Assembly (NCBI GenBank): GCA_964553615.1
Contig: CAZKMA010000009.1
Span: 17,864 to 81,863, forward strand
DNA length: 64,000 bases
Direction: 5' to 3'
Origin: an uncultured Spirochaetales bacterium
GTDB taxonomy: Bacteria > Spirochaetota > Spirochaetia > DSM-27196 > DATKUC01
Part shown: positions 57,319 to 64,000 of the stretch, in pieces
Layout: each line of letters starts with the position of its first letter
How positions within the stretch are numbered: position 1 is the first letter of the stretch
The notes under the pieces: model-generated
What the model saw: only the letters and a program-made list of their open reading frames with translations
Databases searched by the model: none
Told to the model about the DNA's origin: nothing
Made by a program: the position numbers and the translations under genes

Positions 57319-59274
57319 ATCCAACGGAAAACAACGCGAAGAATTGTCGGTACAGCGGTACCCACGATCCTTATTCTCACGGCTGTGCTCCTGGTGGTTC
57401 CCCGCCTTACTCTCTCTTCCGCGCAATCCGGAGGCACACCGACCGGTGCCGGACAACAAGCCCCCTCCGAGCAGTCGGCCCCGGTGGAGACGCCGGCGCC
57501 AATTCTCCAGGCTCCGGAATACCGATTCACGGCGTCCGATGCGCTTGAGGTCTCCACTGATGGCGGAAAAAGCTGGGCCGCCACCGTTTCGCCAACTGCG
57601 ACAACCGCCGAAGCCTCTCCGTCGAGCTCGCATCTCCTTGCGTACGGGTGGGATTCGGCTGCGCCGAATCGCGTGGCAGTCGTCGCCGCCGACCGGCTCT
57701 ATCTTTCGGAAGACTCCGGATCGAGCTGGAAAGATGTCCCGATCAAGGATCACATTAACCGCAATGTGAAGCTCACGGCAGTTGACCTCTCTCCCTTCGA
57801 CCGGAACACGATGCTCGTCGGCACATCCTTTGACGGCTTTTATGAAACAACGGACATGGGAAAAACCTGGAAGCAGGTGTGCGACACTCCTTCGCTGAAG
57901 TTCTTCTACCGTGGCGCCGGATTCTGGGAAGAAGTCACTTCCGTTGACTACGTGCCCTCCGACCCCGAATCGGTCCGATTCACCCTCGGGTACGGCTACG
58001 GCACGTACGAGTGGAATCGGAGAAGCGGGAAGATAACCCGCCTCGATACCGGGAACGGAATTGAGCCTGCTTCGCTTGAAACGAGTGTCCCTTCTCCGCC
58101 GCTCACGGCCGTTTCTCCGGCTGCGAAGGAACGCATGGCGAAGGCAAGCAATCGTGTCGGCATCTACGTGTCGCCGGTAAATGCGAAGCCCGACCGGCTG
58201 CCCGCTTACCTCGCGCTGGCAAAGAAGGAGGGGCTCAACAGCATTGTCGTCGACTTCAAGGACGACTTTGGTCTTCTCCGCTACAAGAGCGAAGTGAAAG
58301 TGGCACTCGAGGCAGGGGCAGTTCATCCGCTCTTCAATGCGCGATACCTCATCGAGCAGGCTCACGCAAACGGCATCTATGTAATTGCACGAATGGTCGT
58401 ATTCAAGGATCGTGAGCTGTACTACTACGAGCACGGCAAATATGCGCTCTGGGATTCGACCACGAACAAGCCGTGGGGGGTCTACCGCAAAGAGACGGTT
58501 CCGGTCGAGCAGCCAAAGAAAGACACGACCGGGCAGAGCGGAGACGGTGCAACAACGACCGATCAGAAAAAGACGGAGGAGAAGACCGTTCAGGTGGAAT
58601 GGTGGGTAGATCCCTATTCCAGTTTCGTCTGGGATTACAATATTGCCATTGCGAAAGAACTGCAGAAACTCGGCGTCGACGAGGTACAGTTCGACTATAT
58701 CCGGTTTCCGTCCGACGGATACGTGAGCCACATCGTTTCTCACTACAAGGATCCCGGGATGGACCGTGTCGGGGCTCTTTCGGGCTTTTTGAAGAAGGCG
58801 CGCGAATCCCTGGATGTCCCTATCAGTATCGACGTGTACGGGTTCAACTCATGGTATCGAACCGTGTATCTCGGACAGGATATCGAAGAGCTTTCCCGGT
58901 ACGTAGACGTTGTGTGCCCGATGTTCTATCCGTCACACTTCAGCACGAATTTCTATCCGAAGATGAGCTATCTGGACCGTGCGGAGTTTATCTACCAGGA
59001 AGGATCCCGCCGGGCTGAGGACATAGTTCATGGCACTGCAATCATCCGTCCATGGGTCCAGGCGTTTCTGATTGGTGGAGAGCTCAAGTTCGACAAACCC
59101 ACCTACTGGAAGTACCTGACAAACCAGCTCACGGGTGCAGCAAAGGGAAAGGTAGGCGGCTACGTTCTCTGGAATGCATCCGGGCACTACTACATGGTTG
59201 CCCATTCAATCCGGAAATACACCGTCCCCTACTCAGATGCAGCAATTCCTCCCGTCGTCTCCAACACTCCCTGA
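57319..59274 (+). CDS. Secreted protein: BNR/Asp-box repeats + DUF4015 putative glycoside hydrolase
   Basis: STDGGKSW, SEDSGSSW, TTDMGKTW; C-terminal NSIVVDFKDDFG, DEVQFDYIRFP, PMFYPSH, RPWVQAF. The signal peptide only forms if translation starts upstream of GTG 57385 (ATC 57319 proposed). Confidence 0.8.
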   Translation: MQRKTTRRIVGTAVPTILILTAVLLVVPRLTLSSAQSGGTPTGAGQQAPSEQSAPVETPAPILQAPEYRFTASDALEVSTDGGKSWAATVSPTATTAEASPSSSHLLAYGWDSAAPNRVAVVAADRLYLSEDSGSSWKDVPIKDHINRNVKLTAVDLSPFDRNTMLVGTSFDGFYETTDMGKTWKQVCDTPSLKFFYRGAGFWEEVTSVDYVPSDPESVRFTLGYGYGTYEWNRRSGKITRLDTGNGIEPASLETSVPSPPLTAVSPAAKERMAKASNRVGIYVSPVNAKPDRLPAYLALAKKEGLNSIVVDFKDDFGLLRYKSEVKVALEAGAVHPLFNARYLIEQAHANGIYVIARMVVFKDRELYYYEHGKYALWDSTTNKPWGVYRKETVPVEQPKKDTTGQSGDGATTTDQKKTEEKTVQVEWWVDPYSSFVWDYNIAIAKELQKLGVDEVQFDYIRFPSDGYVSHIVSHYKDPGMDRVGALSGFLKKARESLDVPISIDVYGFNSWYRTVYLGQDIEELSRYVDVVCPMFYPSHFSTNFYPKMSYLDRAEFIYQEGSRRAEDIVHGTAIIRPWVQAFLIGGELKFDKPTYWKYLTNQLTGAAKGKVGGYVLWNASGHYYMVAHSIRKYTVPYSDAAIPPVVSNTP

Positions 59275-59309
59275 GCCATCAGCGTTATACTGAATACGGA
59301 GGCTTGTCG

Positions 59310-60263
59310 GTGATCACAATACAGCAATGGGCGGAGCAGGTTGTTGCCGAGGTCGAGAAGGTCTTTCTCGGGAAACGTCTCGTCATAGAGCGGCTTCTTG
59401 TTGCAATCCTCTGCCGTGGCCACGTCCTGATAGAGGACGTACCCGGGCTCGGAAAGACGATAGTCGCCCGCTCCCTCGCCACATCGATCGGCGGTGTTTT
59501 TTCCCGAATCCAGTGTACCCCCGACCTCCTGCCCGCCGACATCCTCGGCGTATCGATCTACAATCCGCAGGACTCGGAGTTCCATTTTCACCGCGGACCG
59601 GTTCATGCGAATGTGGTTCTTGTGGACGAAATAAACCGCGCGACGCCGCGAACCCAGTCCGCGCTTCTGGAAGCAATGGCTGAGAATCAGGTGAGCGTCG
59701 AAGGAAAGAACCTCCCGCTGCCGGAACCATTCTTCGTCATGGCCACCCAGAATCCCGTCGAGTTCGAAGGCACATTTCCGCTTCCCGAGGCGCAGAAGGA
59801 CCGTTTTTTTCTCTCCCTGAGTGTCGGATATCCGGAACGGGATATCGAAAAACAGATTGTGGAAAACCAGCGACGGATGACTCACCCGGTTGTGGATTTG
59901 CAGCCGGTTACAAATCCTGAAACAATCCGCGCAATGCAGGAGATGGTCCTCTCGGTGTATGTCGACGAGGCGGTCTTCGACTATATGGTCAACCTCGTCG
60001 AAGCGACCCGAGGCGCTGCGGGCGTCCGGATTGGTGTCTCTCCGCGGGGAACGCTTGCACTCTACAAAGGAGCGCAGGCTCTCGCTGCAATTCGCGGGAG
60101 GGACTATGTCGTTCCGGATGACGTCAAGGAGCTCACGCACGGCGTTTTCGATAAGCGGATAATTCTCAGCGCAGATGCCCAGATCCGCGGAACGACCGTT
60201 TCGGGAATTGTCGACCGGGTGCTCGACTCGGTTCCAGTGCCGGTTCTGCAGAGCGGTTCATGA
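59310..60263 (+). CDS. moxR: MoxR family AAA+ ATPase
   Basis: GHVLIEDVPGLGKT, RIQCTPDLLPADI, VDEINRATPRTQSALLEAM, ATQNPVE. GTG start with GGAGG SD. Confidence 0.95.
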   Translation: MITIQQWAEQVVAEVEKVFLGKRLVIERLLVAILCRGHVLIEDVPGLGKTIVARSLATSIGGVFSRIQCTPDLLPADILGVSIYNPQDSEFHFHRGPVHANVVLVDEINRATPRTQSALLEAMAENQVSVEGKNLPLPEPFFVMATQNPVEFEGTFPLPEAQKDRFFLSLSVGYPERDIEKQIVENQRRMTHPVVDLQPVTNPETIRAMQEMVLSVYVDEAVFDYMVNLVEATRGAAGVRIGVSPRGTLALYKGAQALAAIRGRDYVVPDDVKELTHGVFDKRIILSADAQIRGTTVSGIVDRVLDSVPVPVLQSGS

Positions 60264-61447
60264 ACGGCGGGGCGGCGATCGGGCTTGCAGCATCGATCTT
60301 CCTCCTCCTGTTCATTCCCATAGCGCCCGTTCAATGGGTGGCAATCTTCTTCATTACCGTTACATTGCTGTCCAAACTCTATTCGGTCAACATACGCCGT
60401 TCGCTCTCGGTCTCCCGGGTCGAGGGGACGGTCAAGGTGTTCAAGTTCCAGGAAGCGCTCATCGAGCTCTCGGTGGTGAACCGCAGTTTTCTTCCGATCT
60501 CCTATGTTTCCCTCATTGACGATGCCGGAAATCTTGCCCCGAGAGACCAGAATCGGGCGGCACTCTCGCTGCGGCCGCGGCAGAGAATTACCTTTCGCTA
60601 CGAGCTCAAAGGCTACAACCGCGGGGTCTATCCGCTCGGTCCCGTGCAGATAGCCACCTCCGATCCACTCGGATTCTTTCCCTGGCGTACAATCCTTCCC
60701 GTTACCGGAAGCATGGTGGTCTATCCTTCGGTCTACCCGCTGTCAATTCATTCCAAAGACGGAAATCCGTCCGGAAATCTGCGGGTGTGGAACCCTATCT
60801 ACGAGGATGTGACAAACTATCGCTCACTGCGGGAGTACGTCCCCGGCGATGATCCGAGACGCATTAACTGGAAGGTCTCGGCACGAATCGGATCCCTCCA
60901 GACCATGCAGTACCTCCCGGCCATCAGTTTTCCGGTACTCATCTTGCTCGATCTGAACTTGAGCCACTGGTCGGTGCGCAACCGGTACCAGCATACCGAA
61001 CGGGCAATAGAAGCTGCAGCCTCGCTCGTGCAGAGTGCCACAAACCTGGGTCAGCCCGTAGGCCTTCATGTAACCGGGAATTTACCCGGTCGCCCGGAGG
61101 ACGAGCCCGGGACACGCTCTACCACGCTTTCCGTGAGCGCGGGAGTTCCGCATTCTGTGGCGGCGCTCGAGCTTCTTGCCCGAATTGCCCCGACAGTGCT
61201 TCCGCAGGAGGAAGGGCCGATAGCTCAGTTCCTGGGGGGCGGTAGCAGGCTCCCCACAGGCGCGCGGCTTTTCTATGTGGGTCCGGCGCTGGATTCTGCT
61301 TCGCGTGAATTGCTGGTGCGCTCGGTTCCGCCGGCACGAACGGGGCTCTTCTACGTTGACGAGGGAATCCGGGCATCCGACTCGATGTTCGATGGAGTTC
61401 TCACGGTGCGCTGGGTGACTCCCGCCGGGGAAAAAATCGTTGATTGA
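60260..61447 (+). CDS. DUF58 domain protein
   Basis: SDPLGFF, LREYVPGDDPRRINWKVSAR, ILLDL. Confidence 0.92.
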   Translation: MNGGAAIGLAASIFLLLFIPIAPVQWVAIFFITVTLLSKLYSVNIRRSLSVSRVEGTVKVFKFQEALIELSVVNRSFLPISYVSLIDDAGNLAPRDQNRAALSLRPRQRITFRYELKGYNRGVYPLGPVQIATSDPLGFFPWRTILPVTGSMVVYPSVYPLSIHSKDGNPSGNLRVWNPIYEDVTNYRSLREYVPGDDPRRINWKVSARIGSLQTMQYLPAISFPVLILLDLNLSHWSVRNRYQHTERAIEAAASLVQSATNLGQPVGLHVTGNLPGRPEDEPGTRSTTLSVSAGVPHSVAALELLARIAPTVLPQEEGPIAQFLGGGSRLPTGARLFYVGPALDSASRELLVRSVPPARTGLFYVDEGIRASDSMFDGVLTVRWVTPAGEKIVD

Positions 61448-62978
61448 TACACACGCATCACAATTCAGGCGAACAGTCATTCATCCTGCAATGAGCGTTG
61501 CCCTTCCTTTTCTCTTTCTTCTCTCGCTTGGAGTCATTGTCAACGAAGCGGTAAACGCCATTCTCGGGGTGAGCTCCGGGGTGCAGGTATTCCCCCCCAT
61601 CACCTTTCTCCTGCTCCTGTCCATGCAGATCGAGGAGTCGGTCGGCTCGTATCTGGTGCAACGCGAGCGTGCCGGCGCATTTGCCCGGATACGTGAGTTT
61701 GTGCTCATTCTGACCGCAGTTTATCTCCTCCTCGCACTCTTTCGCGGTGGTCCTCTCCTCCGGCGCCTGGTGCCGGATCCACGCACCATTGCACGGGTGT
61801 CACTCTTTGCGGCCGGGTGGCTGCTGAGTGCCGGGATCCATTCGCGACTGCGCGTGCTGGAGACTTTCCACCGCATCCGTGGGGACCACCGCGGGGAGGC
61901 GCTGCACCATGCAATAAGGCAGTCCACCCACGTGGTAGGTGAGGCAAGGGAGGGGCTTCTTTCAATCCGGAGATCGGCAAACCTCTACCTCGGGCTCATT
62001 GCAGTCATTCTTATTGCTCTGTGGCTCGTCGGACTGCCTCCCGGAGGCGGCGCATATCTGTGGTACTGTGTCTTCTGCCTCGGATACGTTGCAACCCGGG
62101 CATCCATCAACATCTTCCTTGATGAGATGGACTTCGCCGCGGACGGTCTTACGCTCTCCCTTGACCGGATCCGCCACCGGATCGGCATGGCGGCAGCACT
62201 CGGCGGCATCGCGGCCCTGGTAGCCCTGCTCATTGCCGCCGACCGCTCAATTCTCCCGTTTTCCCTGCTGCTCAGGTTCTTTGCGTGGATCGCATCGCTG
62301 TTTCAGCATGTCACCGCGCGGCCAATCGCCGTTGCTCCGCCGCACGCCGATCAACACTCAATGCTGCTCCTCTCCCGCTACCTCAGACAGAAACCGCAGG
62401 GGCCCCCTCCGGCGTGGCTGAAGACCGTCTGGGAGGCACTTCGGGTGCTCGGAATTGTCGCTGCCGTCGGGCTCGTTCTCCTGTTTCTTTTCGGACCACT
62501 TGTCTCCCGCGATTTTGCCGCCTTCCTGAAGCGGTTGCACCCTTTGAAGGTCCTGCGCTCACGGATTGCCCGGTTTTTTCGATCGCTCCGAAGACAGATT
62601 GAGGCGGTTGGAAACCTGATCCTTCGGGTCTTCTCGGGCCGCGCTGCCGCGGGCCTAGCGGCGTTGTCGGATTCGAAGCGCACCGGGATACGCACCGTTT
62701 TTCGTCCGGACCGGAAAAAGCGGAGAGAGACCGATCTCGTGCGCCGTGAGCTGATCCGGGTCATTGAATGGGGAGAGACGCACGGAAACGCCTATTTCAA
62801 CAATCTGACCGCAGCCGAATACGCTGCGCGCCTGGAGGAGCGATATCCGGAACTGGAAGAGGGGTTCGAACAGATTGTGGGAATTTGCAACGAGGCCATC
62901 TACTCGCAGCAGACCATTGGTACAGAGCGTTTGCACGTCCTTCGTCGGACCGTTGACCGTGTTCTTGCGTCTTACTGA
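61440..62978 (+). CDS. Membrane protein with a C-terminal DUF4129-like domain
   Basis: Many TMs; C-terminal TAAEYAARL...CNEAIYS. Confidence 0.7.
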   Translation: MIDTHASQFRRTVIHPAMSVALPFLFLLSLGVIVNEAVNAILGVSSGVQVFPPITFLLLLSMQIEESVGSYLVQRERAGAFARIREFVLILTAVYLLLALFRGGPLLRRLVPDPRTIARVSLFAAGWLLSAGIHSRLRVLETFHRIRGDHRGEALHHAIRQSTHVVGEAREGLLSIRRSANLYLGLIAVILIALWLVGLPPGGGAYLWYCVFCLGYVATRASINIFLDEMDFAADGLTLSLDRIRHRIGMAAALGGIAALVALLIAADRSILPFSLLLRFFAWIASLFQHVTARPIAVAPPHADQHSMLLLSRYLRQKPQGPPPAWLKTVWEALRVLGIVAAVGLVLLFLFGPLVSRDFAAFLKRLHPLKVLRSRIARFFRSLRRQIEAVGNLILRVFSGRAAAGLAALSDSKRTGIRTVFRPDRKKRRETDLVRRELIRVIEWGETHGNAYFNNLTAAEYAARLEERYPELEEGFEQIVGICNEAIYSQQTIGTERLHVLRRTVDRVLASY

Positions 62979-63517
62979 AGCTGGTTCAGTCGGTCCCGGA
63001 TACGCGCGGCTTCCTCGTAGTCTTCCTCTTCGACCGCCTTCGCGAGGGCATCTTCAAGCTTGGTGCGTTCACTCTCTTCTGCGGGTTCGGTAATGACCTG
63101 GGTCTCGTCTTCGGTAATGAGGTTTATCTCAATGCCTGCCTCTTCGACCACCGTGTCGGAAATGAGAACCGGACAGTGGAGGCGCGCAGCAAGGCCGAGA
63201 GCGTCTGAGGGCCGGGAATCCACCGAAAGTTCGTTTCCATCATGCACCATCTTGATCTGCGCATAGAAGGTCCCGTCTTTCAAATCGGTTATTTCAACGC
63301 GCTCAATCTTCGTTGCAAGCTGTTCGAGGACGCTCAGGAACAGGTCGTGGGTAAGCGGCCTCGGCATGGGAACCTTTCCGAGACCGATGAGGATAGATTG
63401 TGCTTCGAGTTGACCAATGAAGATAGGAACTGCTCGTTCGGATTCCAACGGCTTCACCAGGACAGCGTTGCCCTTGTCCGTGCGTGCGACCGTCCAGATT
63501 TCAGCTTCCACCAACAT
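62972..63517 (-). CDS. Bifunctional nuclease family (DUF151) protein with a UVR domain
   Basis: PIFIGQLEA, PRPLTHDL, GTFYA, DSRPSDA, C-terminal AVEEEDYEEAARIRD. Confidence 0.93.
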   Translation of the reverse strand: MLVEAEIWTVARTDKGNAVLVKPLESERAVPIFIGQLEAQSILIGLGKVPMPRPLTHDLFLSVLEQLATKIERVEITDLKDGTFYAQIKMVHDGNELSVDSRPSDALGLAARLHCPVLISDTVVEEAGIEINLITEDETQVITEPAEESERTKLEDALAKAVEEEDYEEAARIRDRLNQLQ

Positions 63518-63613
63518 AGCGTTCCTCTATTCACCAATAGTACGCCAACTCTCGGGCTTTTTCAAACCGGTTGCAGGAAAGGGCCGGCGGGGTCTGATTC
63601 TTCGGCGTATAAG

Positions 63614-64000
63614 TTACTGGTAAACCCTATGCTGGACAAATTCAACCCCGTTGCGAAACAGGGTCATGGCCGCTTCATTTGAAACCGATTCCCGGGTCCA
63701 CCTCGGATGGTTCTGCTGCACCAGGAACGCCTCCGGGTGGGGCATCAATCCGAGGATCTGTCCGCTTCTGTCGGTAATCCCGGCAATGGCGTTCTCCGAG
63801 CCGTTTGGGTTCGTATCCTCGTAGGTGAACGCTACGAGATTGTTCTGTTGGAGAGCCCGGCTCACCCCTGCATTTGCCGTAACGAAACGTCCTTCGCCAT
63901 GGCGAATGGGAACCGAAAGCGTTTCCAGACCGCGAAGCCATGGCGAAGGATTCTGTGGATTCACGCGGATTCTCACCCATTTGTCAACGAAGGTACCGCC
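63614..64000 (-). CDS. purQ: Phosphoribosylformylglycinamidine synthase glutaminase subunit/domain (5' part outside the window)
   Basis: PIRHGEGRF, NPNGSENAIAGI, LGLMPHPE. Confidence 0.9.
   Translation of the reverse strand, partial: GGTFVDKWVRIRVNPQNPSPWLRGLETLSVPIRHGEGRFVTANAGVSRALQQNNLVAFTYEDTNPNGSENAIAGITDRSGQILGLMPHPEAFLVQQNHPRWTRESVSNEAAMTLFRNGVEFVQHRVYQ

Noticed and set aside
57208-58743. 511-aa minus-strand ORF
   Set aside because: Antisense shadow of the BNR-DUF4015 gene; no family motifs.
1-64000. CRISPR arrays, tRNA/rRNA, transposases, integrases, defence systems
   Set aside because: No regularly spaced repeats, T-loop-bearing tRNA cloverleaf or mobile-element motifs were found by eye. 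Dedicated scans would be needed to exclude them fully.

Overview
A GC-rich bacterial chromosome segment with about 56 protein-coding genes. The gene content points to a free-living spirochaete (Spirochaetia): DUF2259, an FlhG-like ATPase-FapA-lgt cluster, a STAS-zinc-ribbon protein and archaeal/eukaryote-type ProRS. I found no rRNA, tRNA, CRISPR array, transposase or integrase. Housekeeping and metabolic genes include pyrC, thrC, aspartokinase, murA, rsmE, ctpA, lgt, znuABC, pntAB, proS, malQ and purQ. The most notable observations are: (1) a small ribbon-helix-helix protein with a Cys/His-rich tail inside a split znuA/znuCB locus, with direct repeats over its promoter (candidate non-Zur metal sensor); (2) about ten genes with a TAnnnT -10 box only 6-9 nt before the start codon and no clear Shine-Dalgarno, suggesting frequent leaderless translation; (3) an AT-rich intergenic region with two tandem DnaA-box pairs and no dnaA nearby (candidate oriC); (4) a DUF4914 protein with PEPCK-like metal/P-loop motifs paired with an MggS-like glycosyltransferase; (5) a sigma54 activator lacking its HTH and with Glu at the phosphoacceptor site, plus a consensus sigma54 promoter elsewhere followed by a hairpin; (6) a ybjN-pspA-pseudo-receiver regulator operon; (7) a divergent LptF/G-like pair; (8) carotenoid genes coupled to pntAB. 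All family assignments come from motif recognition by eye, not database searches. Many start codons were moved from the ORF track to more plausible positions.
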